DNA of 63,683 bases from a virus, in IMG/VR virus record IMGVR_UViG_3300010361_000005, positions 1 to 63,683 of that record, one strand, 5' to 3'. Positions 36,261 through 46,101 of this stretch are shown here, in pieces; within the stretch, counting starts at the first letter, position 1; the number at the start of each line of letters is the position of its first letter. Under the pieces are notes generated by a model that did not search any database, was not told the origin of the DNA, and worked only from the letters and a program-made list of their open reading frames with translations. Both the position numbers and the translations under genes were made by a program.

Positions 36261-36274
36261 CGCGGTACACGCGC
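36261..36274. promoter_or_regulatory. partial GCGCGTACACGCGC-family box (CGCGGTACACGCGC)
   Basis: Last 10 nt identical to the 14-mer box; about 50-60 nt upstream of the Rpf-like gene start. Confidence 0.4.
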
Positions 36275-36314
36275 ACCTTCTTCACGCCTGCGTTCATGCG
36301 CACCCGGTTCACTG

Positions 36315-36542
36315 CTACGTGACCTCGATGGTTCCGCTGTCGCTGCCGCTCTTGGAGCCGACCACCGTGATGTCTACGCTCCCCTGGTAGTCCATGGGGA
36401 AGAAGACGTTGGTGGTGCCGGTGTTGTCCACGTTGCGCTTCTCCTCGTCCTCGGCCTGGATCGACGCGTGACTACCCTTCACCGCGTCGGTGTCCCAGGT
36501 AATGACGCAGACCTTGCGCGTGTGGATGAGTTCGACGGCCAC
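36315..36542 (-). CDS. hypothetical protein (75 aa)
   Basis: GTG start 1 nt after upstream stop; beta-rich sequence. Confidence 0.45.
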   Translation of the reverse strand: MAVELIHTRKVCVITWDTDAVKGSHASIQAEDEEKRNVDNTGTTNVFFPMDYQGSVDITVVGSKSGSDSGTIEVT

Positions 36543-36543
36543 G

Positions 36544-36711
36544 TTACTCGTCTTCCTCGTCGGAACCCTCGCCGTTCTCGTCCTCGGCCTCTTCGCCATT
36601 CTCTGCCGGCAGGCCGGTGTCGGGATCGTTGGGCTCGTTCCCAGCCTGCTCGGCGGGCACACTGCCCTCCTGCTGGGTCTCTTCGTCTCCCACTCTTGCT
36701 CCTTTCGTCAT
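36544..36711 (-). CDS. small highly acidic protein (55 aa)
   Basis: ATGA overlap with dnaE stop; C-terminus ENGEEAEDENGEGSDEEDE. Confidence 0.45.
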   Translation of the reverse strand: MTKGARVGDEETQQEGSVPAEQAGNEPNDPDTGLPAENGEEAEDENGEGSDEEDE

Positions 36712-39700
36712 AGTTCCGGGTCGATGACCCACATCTCAGAGATGCTTACCTGACGTGTGGGCATGTAACCCGGTTTGACACCGCGCACGAGAATGAGATC
36801 TCTGCCCGGCCTCATACCCCAGACTTTCTCTCGCAGCCTGGGGTACCGCCAGCGATCGACGCGAAGACCGAGTTGGTCGCTCTCGTCGTCACCGACCATC
36901 ACCACCCATTTGTCCAGGTGGGGATCTCTGATAGGTCTTCCGTTCAGCATCGGGTGCTTCGGATCGCTCATATCGAGCTCAGCACCTTTTGCCTGGTTGA
37001 ACTCAAACAGATCGCGTTCATTCCGCGTGTAGATGCAGCCCAACCAGACAACCTCGATATCGTTGCCTTGCTCGTAGGGCAGGTCAGACGCGACGTGAGT
37101 CGGCAGCGGAAGTTGCTCCAGATCCCCGCTTGCGATCTCTGCCTTGACATGCGTGATGGCTTTGTCAAGCCACAGAGCGCCGAATGGATCCTCGCTCCTG
37201 TCTGCAAACTCCTTGATACGCTCCATCGTGATCGGACCGACGCCCTTCACTTGTAGCAGATCTGGCCAGTCACGTAGGCCAAACTCCTCCCGGTAGCGCA
37301 CGATCTCACCGCCTGTCTTCTCGCCGATGCCCGGCACCTGGCTGAAGCCGCTGACGAGATCCTTGCCATCCCGCTCCCAGCCGATACCGCTTATGCTCGG
37401 GTGCGGAGGGCGTATCGTCAGCTTGCGGCCGAACCGTTGTGAATCACGCAGTAGTCGTCGTGCCTTTTCTGCGTCAGTCGTGACGTTCAGCCGACACTTG
37501 TAGAACACCTCAGGGTGATACCGTTTGAAGTACATCGTGTGGTACGCGATCATACCGTAACTCACCGCGTGACTAGCGTTGAATGCGTAGGAGCCTGCCG
37601 TGATCAGCCGCATCCAGATGAGGCGAGCTAGTTCCTCGGTCATGATACCGTCGCCGCCATGTAGCCTCATCGCACCGTCACGTGCCTGCTCCCACTTACG
37701 GTTGAACTCCTGATCGCCTAGTTTCTTGCTGATGATCCGGCGCACCTCAGCGCGGTGCGTCCAGTCAAAGTCAAAGATGGCACCTAGTAGCCGGAGGATC
37801 TGCTCCTGGTAGACGATCTGCCCGTACGTGCTGTCGCAAATCTCGCCCATCGCCGGGTGAAGCTGTTCCGGCTTCTTGCGTCCCCACTTGATGTCGATGT
37901 AGTCGTTGGCCGCCCCATTATGAAGAGGCCCAGGCCGTCCCAGTGCTGTAACGTCGTAGACATGTTTGAAATGGTCAGGTTGGAGTGCACCGTTGACGTA
38001 GCGGCACGCTCGCCCATCAAACTGGAAGATACCCACGACGTCGTTTTCCTTGAAGCCTCGGATGACCTCCTCGTCATCCAGCGGCATATTGTAGAGCGTA
38101 TCAAGATCCCACCCCATTTCCTTTCGCATGTGGTCTAGTGCCTCGATCGTACTCAGGCCGAGTGCGTCGATCTTCAGAAGTCCCTTGGCCTCAGCGTCGT
38201 ACTTATCCATGCTAATGACCTGACGCGTCTCACCTTTGACTTGGCGCTCATATATTGCTGCCACGTCTGTGATGGGACCAGTAGAGATGACCATTCCAGC
38301 CGCGTGGACTCCAAATCCTGCGTAGTTGCCCTCAAGGTCAAGTGCAGCTCCAAGATCCGGATACTTCTCAAATACTTCACGTGCCTGCGGAAACTGTTCA
38401 GCCGTGTCCTCGACCGTCGCGCTGGCACGTAGATCACCGGATGATCGTTCGATGAGTACATCTTTGATCTTTTGAATCTCCCAGTCGGGTACGTGGAAGA
38501 CACGGGCTGCCGCATCCAGGCTGTTCTTTCCCTTGTACCGGGTGAACGTCCCGATCGTGCTTACCTTCCCGCGTCCGTACTTGCTCTCCATGTAGTTCCA
38601 GATGTCGTTGCGCCTGTCCGACGAGAAGTCAATGTCCACGTCGGGCAGATCCTTGCGCGTGACATCGATGAACCGTTCGAAGACGAGGTCAGGATACTTC
38701 ACCGGGTCAACCTCGGTGATGCGGAGTAGCCAGCACACGAGCGAGCCTGCGGCGCTACCGCGTGCTGGCCCCACCGCGATGTCGTTGTCCTTCGCCCAGC
38801 GTACCATGTCGCTGATGACGAGGAAGTAGTCGATGAAGTCCTTGCCCTCGATGACTTCCATCTCATGCCGCAGCCGTTCCTTGTACACACTCAGCTGCGG
38901 CTCGGACAGCTTGTTACACCGCCGGTACCGCCAACCGTCTAGGATCCAGTCACGCCATACCTGCAGGGCATCGGTGTAGCCTGCTGGTAGCGGGAACCGC
39001 ACCATCTCGAGCGATGGGAGCTCAACCGTACAGCGCTCCGCGATCTCGCGCGAGGTAAGTATGGCCTGAATAGCCTGACGCTTGGTCAGCCCCGTACCCA
39101 TCAGTTTGCGCATGATCATCTGATCCGTCCATGGCGGGCAGAGGTTGGCGTTGTAGCCCCACTCACGCGCCATGTCCTCCAGGCTGCGCTTCTCACCTGG
39201 CCGGAGGTTGTGAAGGATCTGCTGCATCTCCTTCTCCTCCGGGATCGTGTAGTGACAGTCAAATGTCACCACGTACGGGATCCTGAGTTCCTCGGCGATC
39301 CTTACAAGCATCCCATTCGCTTGCCGAGTCTTATCCAACTCAGGAAAAGCCTGAACCTCAATGTAATAGGAATCGCCGAACTCGCGAAGGTACTGAGAAG
39401 CAAGTCTTCTCGCTCGTCCATAGGAAGCGTCAGCTTCAGTAACGTGCTTCCCGCCCACGGCGGCTGTAAAAAGTGCAGATCCCTGGCATCCAGAAAGTAT
39501 GACCAACCCGCGCTTATGAGCCGCAAGCATCTTTCCATCTGCGGTGGGCTCATAATAGAATCCTCTTGAAAACGTGTCCGAAACAAGTCGGAGCAGATTG
39601 CGATATCCCTCCGCGTTCTCGGCCACAATGGTAAGGTGATTCTTTCTTTGTGTAGCCTGTTCACCTAGTTCTCCCGTGTAGAGCTCGACGCCAAAGAGGG

Positions 39701-40016
39701 GCTTGACCCCGTGTTTACGGGCTGCCGACTCAAGCTGGACATGCGAAGAGATATTTCCATGCTCGGTAGCCGCAAGTGCAGTGAGGCCAATCTCTCCTGC
39801 CCGCCGGATATGCGCAGACGGCAGAGCGTAGCCGTCACCGTAACTGAACGTCGTGTGGTGGTGAAGTGAGGCAAAGACCATCTCCCTTGTCCGTTGGGGT
39901 AGCCTCGCCGTACGCTTCACCTTGCGGTGGATGATGGGCGTGTGGTGTCCATGCCCGTCACGATGAACTGGTACGGTGACGCTCAGTGCTTCAAACTGTG
40001 ATTCGCGATCAGCCAC
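36708..40016 (-). CDS. dnaE: DNA polymerase III alpha subunit (DnaE-type)
   Basis: 1102 aa; N-terminal PHP motif FASLHHHTTFSYGDGY...ATEHGN; polymerase core and HhH/OB-sized C-terminus. Confidence 0.9.
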   Translation of the reverse strand: MADRESQFEALSVTVPVHRDGHGHHTPIIHRKVKRTARLPQRTREMVFASLHHHTTFSYGDGYALPSAHIRRAGEIGLTALAATEHGNISSHVQLESAARKHGVKPLFGVELYTGELGEQATQRKNHLTIVAENAEGYRNLLRLVSDTFSRGFYYEPTADGKMLAAHKRGLVILSGCQGSALFTAAVGGKHVTEADASYGRARRLASQYLREFGDSYYIEVQAFPELDKTRQANGMLVRIAEELRIPYVVTFDCHYTIPEEKEMQQILHNLRPGEKRSLEDMAREWGYNANLCPPWTDQMIMRKLMGTGLTKRQAIQAILTSREIAERCTVELPSLEMVRFPLPAGYTDALQVWRDWILDGWRYRRCNKLSEPQLSVYKERLRHEMEVIEGKDFIDYFLVISDMVRWAKDNDIAVGPARGSAAGSLVCWLLRITEVDPVKYPDLVFERFIDVTRKDLPDVDIDFSSDRRNDIWNYMESKYGRGKVSTIGTFTRYKGKNSLDAAARVFHVPDWEIQKIKDVLIERSSGDLRASATVEDTAEQFPQAREVFEKYPDLGAALDLEGNYAGFGVHAAGMVISTGPITDVAAIYERQVKGETRQVISMDKYDAEAKGLLKIDALGLSTIEALDHMRKEMGWDLDTLYNMPLDDEEVIRGFKENDVVGIFQFDGRACRYVNGALQPDHFKHVYDVTALGRPGPLHNGAANDYIDIKWGRKKPEQLHPAMGEICDSTYGQIVYQEQILRLLGAIFDFDWTHRAEVRRIISKKLGDQEFNRKWEQARDGAMRLHGGDGIMTEELARLIWMRLITAGSYAFNASHAVSYGMIAYHTMYFKRYHPEVFYKCRLNVTTDAEKARRLLRDSQRFGRKLTIRPPHPSISGIGWERDGKDLVSGFSQVPGIGEKTGGEIVRYREEFGLRDWPDLLQVKGVGPITMERIKEFADRSEDPFGALWLDKAITHVKAEIASGDLEQLPLPTHVASDLPYEQGNDIEVVWLGCIYTRNERDLFEFNQAKGAELDMSDPKHPMLNGRPIRDPHLDKWVVMVGDDESDQLGLRVDRWRYPRLREKVWGMRPGRDLILVRGVKPGYMPTRQVSISEMWVIDPEL

Positions 40017-40339
40017 TACGTCGTACCCTCCGCGATACGCACGCCGAAGTTTGCGTAGTTGGTGATGTCAAGGAACTCCTCCACCAAGTTGTGCGTGACC
40101 TCTGCCCTCATCGACTCGGTCAGATCTCCATCGAGCAGATCCAGCGCGTTGAGAACTCGGTCAATCTTGGTTCTGATCTGTACGGCCTGATCACGACAGG
40201 AGTAGTTCTTCCAGAGTGCCTTCCTAAGCCTTTCGCGATCGACGTGGACATCCCAGGCCATGCGTATGACCCGCATGTAGTCGTGGGCGTCGTCTTCGGG
40301 CAGTGCGCCTTGGGTATCATAGGACTCCTCGAAGATCAT
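40016..40339 (-). CDS. hypothetical all-helical protein, possibly MazG-like NTP pyrophosphohydrolase (107 aa)
   Basis: ATGA overlap upstream, TAGTG junction with dnaE; VEEFLDITNY resembles the MazG EExxD motif. Confidence 0.35.
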   Translation of the reverse strand: MIFEESYDTQGALPEDDAHDYMRVIRMAWDVHVDRERLRKALWKNYSCRDQAVQIRTKIDRVLNALDLLDGDLTESMRAEVTHNLVEEFLDITNYANFGVRIAEGTT

Positions 40340-41112
40340 GCGTGTACCCTCATGACTTCTTTCGCTCCCTTGTAGACGTCGTGAAGTAGAACGCCATGCT
40401 GCCACTTTGCCCATCTACCCAGACGGTGAACGCGAGGCCAGCAGTCGCAGGTATTGCTTACTGCCTTCACGCCCATCTTCCACGTTCGGTCGTTCGGGTC
40501 GAAGTCAGTTGGTTGAATGGAATACTCGATTGAGCAGATGCCGCTCAGGATAGACCAGCGGTACCAGGGGTCGTGCTCGTAGCCGTTGTAGATGACCAAG
40601 TCCTTCTCGGCATCCAGTGGCGGCGCTACGAGCGTGTGGATAAAGTAGGGTGAACTCTTGAAGTCGTGGTCTCCGTGACAGAGCAGCGGCTGCGGTAGCG
40701 TACTGATCACCACATCAAACTCGGCGACGATGTGGTGCAGGTTATGCAGGTTGCCGCTGAACTCAGTGGGAAGGATGATGCCCTCGTACTTCTCCCACAG
40801 CACGTCGTAGACGTTCTGCACGTTCCACGATGGATATGCCTGGAGGTACTGCTCCCACGCGGTATATCGGGCAGCGTCGCCGTACACCTTGTGCGCGTAT
40901 CCCTCAGCCGTGCCCAGCCGGACGTACTGAACATAGCTGTCCGGGTAGGTACCGTTGATGCCAGGGATGCCTTCGTGTAAGTACATGCTCCCTGGCAGGA
41001 CGCTCTTCTCCTTGATGCTGAAGATCGCCACGTATGCGTCGTCGAACTCATCGATCGCGTGGGCGGCGATGAGTCCCGCCGGGCCACAGCCTAGGATCGC
41101 GACGTTGATCAA
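40336..41112 (-). CDS. FAD/NAD(P)-binding Rossmann-fold protein (258 aa)
   Basis: TTG start 7 nt after CAGGGAGG; N-terminal dinucleotide-binding INVAILGCGPAGLIAAHA. Confidence 0.6.
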   Translation of the reverse strand: MINVAILGCGPAGLIAAHAIDEFDDAYVAIFSIKEKSVLPGSMYLHEGIPGINGTYPDSYVQYVRLGTAEGYAHKVYGDAARYTAWEQYLQAYPSWNVQNVYDVLWEKYEGIILPTEFSGNLHNLHHIVAEFDVVISTLPQPLLCHGDHDFKSSPYFIHTLVAPPLDAEKDLVIYNGYEHDPWYRWSILSGICSIEYSIQPTDFDPNDRTWKMGVKAVSNTCDCWPRVHRLGRWAKWQHGVLLHDVYKGAKEVMRVHA

Positions 41113-43937
41113 ATCTTTACCTCCCTGAGAAGTTCATGTAGTGTAGGCTCGACGTAGATGTCGCCGAGGTAGCGTCTTACCATGCGTGCTTCGTACAGCG
41201 TGTTGATGATGCCGTTCGCCTCATCGCGTGGGACGTTGAGTAGCTCCTCAAGATCCTGACGGCGGAACTTGCCCTGGTTCCTGAGGTGCTTCGCGAGTAG
41301 TGGGCGACCCTTCAGGTACTGTGCCATCTTCTCCTTGTTGCTCTGCGCCGCCTCACGGTCAGACAGTATCTCCTTGCTCCGCTCGCGGTACCCGAACGTA
41401 GGCATACCGTACAGAACGTTCATAAAGCGGCACGCCGCATTCACATGCTCCGGTCGTACGACCACCTTCTGGTACGTCGAGTCGGTGCTGAACAGACGCG
41501 CTGCTATCGCTGCCGCGATGCGCGCAATCTTGATCCTGATGTTCGCCGCCTGTACCAGTGGCGGATCCTCGATGTACCGCTTACCCATCTCATTTGCCAA
41601 CTCGAACACCCTCGTCTCAGCACGCTTCTGGAACAAGACCTGGTCTACGCTGCGGGTCCAGCACCACATTAGTAACTGGTGGCAAGCTTCGGATGTGTAC
41701 CGTAGCTCACCACCGCCCACCGGCTGGTTGATCTTCTCGGCAGGTACGTCAAACAGCGTACACGCCATCGCTAGGTCGAAGCGTGCTATGTCCTCTGCGT
41801 TACCGATCAGCGGCTTGATGGCGTCCACCCCGTAGGTGTAGTTGGCCATGGTAGCGTTGCGTGGGTTGCCTAGCCAGATAAGTCGCGTGCGAGCCCAGGT
41901 TGACTCTTGCTGAATCTTCACGAGCCTAGCCATACCCGACGAGCGGATGTCGCTCATCTGTGCTATCTCGTCGGGTGAGAGACCGCTGATCTCGTCCAGT
42001 ACTACCAGACGCTTGTCGTTGATCGGTACGACGCCCCATGTGACTGCCCAGTCCCGGCCACCCATTTGCTGGAGGCCACCCACCACGCCTGCGAAACTGG
42101 CAGCCTCACAGCTGATTAGCTCCCCGCCACCGTAGTGACGAATCAGCCGTTCGGCCGCCAGGCTTTTGCCGGTACGTGTGTCACCGACAATAAGGCTTTC
42201 TAGCCAGCCGCGATTCACTCGTTCGCCTGCGAAGTCAAAGCTGAGCAGGCTGTGGAACGTCAGGTCCATCAGCGCGTGCATCTCGGGACGACCCTGGATG
42301 TGCGTGACGTGATCGCTCAGAGCCTTGCTGATGTCGGCCAGCTTCTTGATCGGATCGCTTGGTGCTTGGAACTTCTTCATGAGACGAATCGCAGCGTCGC
42401 TCATGTCGAACTGATCAACGGCGGTCTCCATGTAACTCAGCTCATGTGCTAGGAACTCCTTGCGATGGTTGACCGGGTTCATGTGCAACGCACCGATAGC
42501 TGAGACTGTGTTGTTCGGCAGTAGGCTGTGATGATCTACCGATGTGATAGAGATGCTCTTGTACTGCGCGGCGTCCGGTGATGTGTCCGCACCGTCGGTG
42601 TAGTCAAGAGCGGGTCGCGCAAAGAATACATCTACCGAATGATGCTCGTCGTACTCATGCTGCAACCTACCGCACTTGCCACCAGGGATACCGTAGGCGT
42701 CGTTGATAACCTTCGCCACGTGTTCCTTCGTCGCTTCAATCATGCCGAGGATGAGCGGGTCATCTGACTCAATGAAGACTTCAGCTTGACCCTGGTTCGC
42801 GTTGAGTGGGCAGCCTTGGCACTTGGTACCGGCATCCTGGGTGCAGACTAGGCGTGCCTTACGCGGGATCAGGTAGCCAGGTTCCTTGCGCCCCTTCAGC
42901 GTGACGAGTACGCGCACAGGTATGCCCACTCGTTCATTGTCAAATGTGTCTAGCACGGTGACCGTGTCTACCGGCACGTCCTTCTGCCTGCGCCCGGCGC
43001 GTGCAGCCTTGCCAACATATTTCACAGCACCGCTGATCGCAGCCCTAAGAGCGGCAGGACCCTCGCCGGTGAGCAGATCGGTGATGTCCTTACCGTGCTT
43101 AGGCACCACGGGATATGGCAGCTTCACCAAATAGATAGAGTCAGTCACGGATGAGAGGCTACGGGCTATCTTGACATTGCCCTGTTGCCCCTCGTCGTCC
43201 ATGTCCTGCGCGATGTAGACCGTCTTACCCTTGAACAATGGCCCCCAGGTCATGTCCCATTGGTTCTCCCCGGCGGTACGGGTGATGGCACTGAACCCAT
43301 ACTGGATTGCGAGCATGGCGTCCCATTCACCCGCGCAGATGATGATCTCACCAGGTGCGCTCGCGAGCACGCTTAGAGGGTATAGGCGTGGCGGCTTGTT
43401 GTAACCGATCTCGCCCCAGATCTTGCGGCGACCCTCAGCAGGACGCGGATTGTAGTACCGGATGTTGACTAGCTCGCCATCCTCGTCATATACAGGGATG
43501 GTGTAGTTGGCGCTATCCTGTAGTCCGACCTTGAACTTCTTGAGCGTGGCATCAGTCAGACCACGGCGCTCGTGTAGCCACTGTAGCGCACCCGGATTTG
43601 ACATTAGCGCCGAGTGCCACCCGTCTACCATGGCCTGGCTGATGACACGCTGCTTCCTATCCGGTGGTTGCCCGTTGAGATTCGGAGACACACCGTTGCT
43701 TGATGCTGGCGTCCACTCGCTCCGCCTACGGATGAGGGCAGTTACTGGCATCCCACCGCACTTGAAGCAGTAGTAGACACCCTTGTCCACGTTGAGGCTC
43801 GCCGACCTACGCGAGTCGCCGTGGAGCGGACAGTGCATGTTCCATTCTCTGGTACCATCATCATTCCTGTGAGTTGGGGTCTCGCCCTCCAGGTACGGTT
43901 GTAAGACCTGTATTTGACGTGATGTTACTTTAGCCAT
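41109..43937 (-). CDS. primase (CHC2 zinc finger + Toprim) fused to MCM-like AAA+ helicase
   Basis: HCPLHGD...YYCFKCGG; Toprim IIICAGEWDAM and IAQDMDDEG; Cys cluster CTQDAGTKCQGCP; Walker A GDTRTGKS, Walker B LVVLDEISG. Start ambiguous (43937, 43967 or TTG 44000). Confidence 0.75.
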   Translation of the reverse strand: MAKVTSRQIQVLQPYLEGETPTHRNDDGTREWNMHCPLHGDSRRSASLNVDKGVYYCFKCGGMPVTALIRRRSEWTPASSNGVSPNLNGQPPDRKQRVISQAMVDGWHSALMSNPGALQWLHERRGLTDATLKKFKVGLQDSANYTIPVYDEDGELVNIRYYNPRPAEGRRKIWGEIGYNKPPRLYPLSVLASAPGEIIICAGEWDAMLAIQYGFSAITRTAGENQWDMTWGPLFKGKTVYIAQDMDDEGQQGNVKIARSLSSVTDSIYLVKLPYPVVPKHGKDITDLLTGEGPAALRAAISGAVKYVGKAARAGRRQKDVPVDTVTVLDTFDNERVGIPVRVLVTLKGRKEPGYLIPRKARLVCTQDAGTKCQGCPLNANQGQAEVFIESDDPLILGMIEATKEHVAKVINDAYGIPGGKCGRLQHEYDEHHSVDVFFARPALDYTDGADTSPDAAQYKSISITSVDHHSLLPNNTVSAIGALHMNPVNHRKEFLAHELSYMETAVDQFDMSDAAIRLMKKFQAPSDPIKKLADISKALSDHVTHIQGRPEMHALMDLTFHSLLSFDFAGERVNRGWLESLIVGDTRTGKSLAAERLIRHYGGGELISCEAASFAGVVGGLQQMGGRDWAVTWGVVPINDKRLVVLDEISGLSPDEIAQMSDIRSSGMARLVKIQQESTWARTRLIWLGNPRNATMANYTYGVDAIKPLIGNAEDIARFDLAMACTLFDVPAEKINQPVGGGELRYTSEACHQLLMWCWTRSVDQVLFQKRAETRVFELANEMGKRYIEDPPLVQAANIRIKIARIAAAIAARLFSTDSTYQKVVVRPEHVNAACRFMNVLYGMPTFGYRERSKEILSDREAAQSNKEKMAQYLKGRPLLAKHLRNQGKFRRQDLEELLNVPRDEANGIINTLYEARMVRRYLGDIYVEPTLHELLREVKI

Positions 43938-44241
43938 CAGAAGCGGAGGCTGCTGCAGGAGAAGCATTGGGTCTTGCCGGACTCTTCCCCAAGAACGCAA
44001 ACAGCACCGTCTTCATTCGGCTGAGCTCTATAGTGAACGACCACGGCTCTACCGTACAGCGACGGCTCTCGTAGTCGGCCAGTAGATCATAGAACTCCTC
44101 ATCACGGCTCTCTGGCGGCGTGAAGATCCACGCAACCTTTGTGCTGTTCAGCCTCTTCAGGTCATACTCAAACCCCGCGCAGGCGAGCGTCGTCGCGAGT
44201 GCGAGATCGTCCGTCCCAAATGCTTCTCCTGCTTCAGCCAT
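43930..44241 (-). CDS. hypothetical protein (103 aa)
   Basis: ATG 2 nt after upstream stop. Confidence 0.5.
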   Translation of the reverse strand: MAEAGEAFGTDDLALATTLACAGFEYDLKRLNSTKVAWIFTPPESRDEEFYDLLADYESRRCTVEPWSFTIELSRMKTVLFAFLGKSPARPNASPAAASASDG

Positions 44242-44243
44242 AG

Positions 44244-45107
44244 CTACTCGAACGGATTGGCTGCGTCGTCCTCGCGCAGCGCCTCGATGATGGCGGCAGT
44301 CAGCCGTTCGGCAGCACCGCTTCCACGCATCTTGGGCATGTCGCCCAGGTTGCGATCTTCCCACTCCTTCTTCAGAGCATCGATGTCCCAAGACTCGTAA
44401 TCGTCGCCATCCTCGTCACCGCTCTCTGCCTCTTGCCCCGCCTCGTCAGCGGCATCGGCGACAGCGTTGTCTTCCTCGCGCAGAGCCTTGATCAGCTTGT
44501 CGCGCTTGTTGCCACGGCCACCGGGGATAGTGGCACCCCGGTCGTTGACTTCTGCCTCGAGATCGTCATCGGCCCAGTCGTCGTAGCTGCCGACCTCCGG
44601 GTCGTCCTCACGCGAAGGAACGAAACCGTCTGCGTACTGCGACGTTGCCTCCTCCTCGTCAGTCTCGATCGCGTTGCTACTGCCGTTGGCTGCGGCAGTG
44701 GCTGACAGACCGCCGACCTCGTCGCCGTCCTGAGACGGCATTAGCTTGCCGGCATCCGGCGCGTACTCGCCGTTGTACTCTCCGTGGTTGACTTTCACAC
44801 GGATGATCTTGCCGACCTGCTTGGTCGGATCCAGCTTGCCTTTCTCCTTCAGCTGGCATGCTCGGATGAACTCCGCCAGCTTCCAATCGCTCTCGGGACC
44901 CAGCCCGATGTACGTGAAGAGCCAGTCGTAGTCTGGCCCCATGTCCAACCCGACCCGGATGTCGTTCGCGGGTTGGCCGTTTGCCTTGACCTCGCGCTGT
45001 TCGCACAACGCGATACGTCCGACGCGAAGTCCGGTGGGTACCTTGACGCCGGTACCGCCACCTGACTCTTCGACGCCAGTGACGTCGTAGTCAATGAGAC
45101 GTGCCAC
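44244..45107 (-). CDS. SSB-like protein (DUF669-like) with long acidic tail
   Basis: GTG start in TAGTG junction; N-terminal OB-sized region then Asp/Glu-rich C-terminal half; adjacent to the Sak4-like ATPase. Confidence 0.5.
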   Translation of the reverse strand: MARLIDYDVTGVEESGGGTGVKVPTGLRVGRIALCEQREVKANGQPANDIRVGLDMGPDYDWLFTYIGLGPESDWKLAEFIRACQLKEKGKLDPTKQVGKIIRVKVNHGEYNGEYAPDAGKLMPSQDGDEVGGLSATAAANGSSNAIETDEEEATSQYADGFVPSREDDPEVGSYDDWADDDLEAEVNDRGATIPGGRGNKRDKLIKALREEDNAVADAADEAGQEAESGDEDGDDYESWDIDALKKEWEDRNLGDMPKMRGSGAAERLTAAIIEALREDDAANPFE

Positions 45108-46039
45108 TATTGCTCCCTTCTGCCTCGTCTAGTTGCGGCCGCACGACCTCGCTGGCTGCGCAAACCAGCGCCGCCTGAGCGTGCCGCCTCTACTGCCCGC
45201 ATTATCTGCGGGATCGTCGGATCGTCTACATACCCATCCGGTAGGAACGCATCGAAGTGATCCTTTGCGTAGTACCGGCTGGACTCGGTGAAGTGGATCC
45301 GACGAATCTCTTTCTTGCCTTCCTCCACGACTTCCATGAACCCCACCATATTCATGTAGCCGCAAATCTTCTCTGGCATCTGGCGTACCTGTATGTACGG
45401 GCGAAGGACGTCACCACCCTCATCGTTCGCGGGATGCGGTCCCTCTAGCGGGTGAGCGGTGATGCCAAAGTGGAACCGCTTACACCCGATCATGTGCCGC
45501 ACCCACTGCTGAATGCGGTCGGCATTGGTACCATACTCCGGCTTGTCCTTGCCGCCGGTGGACGTGATGTTGGGCTTGTTGGTTGGCCGACCATTGTCGT
45601 CAAGTACCCAGTTACGGCCAGGCTTGTTTCGCCACGCGGCTTCCCAAACGTCGTCCAGCAATACGTCCTGCGCGATGCTGATGCAGTCCCACCAGATCCA
45701 TTCATAGGGCATAGGGTCAATGTGCTGACACCACTCCAGGATCTGCAACATCTTCTCGTGCGTGTCCGCAACGATCTCGTGTGCGCCGCTGCGTAACGCT
45801 CGCGCTGGTATCAGGTCCATGCTACTGCGGATGATGAGCGTCGGGTACTCGGCAGCACCCGTCGCGATGAAGCTAGTCTTGCCATTACCAGGGCTGCTGT
45901 AGACCAGCATCCTAATCCACTCTGACTCACCAAGCTGCGTGAAGTTCAGGTGGGGTGATACGGGTGCCTGTACGACCGACAGGTTCGCCTGCCTACCCGA
46001 CGGTCGGACGTGCGAGCCTGTTTGCGGCCGACGCGGCAT
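45107..46039 (-). CDS. Sak4-like/AAA_24 RecA-core ATPase
   Basis: Walker A LVYSSPGNGKTSF; Walker B-like IWWDCIS. Confidence 0.6.
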   Translation of the reverse strand: MPRRPQTGSHVRPSGRQANLSVVQAPVSPHLNFTQLGESEWIRMLVYSSPGNGKTSFIATGAAEYPTLIIRSSMDLIPARALRSGAHEIVADTHEKMLQILEWCQHIDPMPYEWIWWDCISIAQDVLLDDVWEAAWRNKPGRNWVLDDNGRPTNKPNITSTGGKDKPEYGTNADRIQQWVRHMIGCKRFHFGITAHPLEGPHPANDEGGDVLRPYIQVRQMPEKICGYMNMVGFMEVVEEGKKEIRRIHFTESSRYYAKDHFDAFLPDGYVDDPTIPQIMRAVEAARSGGAGLRSQRGRAAATRRGRREQ

Positions 46040-46101
46040 CTAATCCCCTTTCTGCGAACCGATGCAGATAAAAATGCGATTTTGGATCGCCATACGGCAA
46101 A

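Noticed and set aside
35863-36312. 149-aa minus-strand ORF overlapping the Rpf-like gene in another frame
   Set aside because: No recognisable motifs. The 113-aa frame has GGAG plus a GTG start, a signal peptide and the transglycosylase-like motif.
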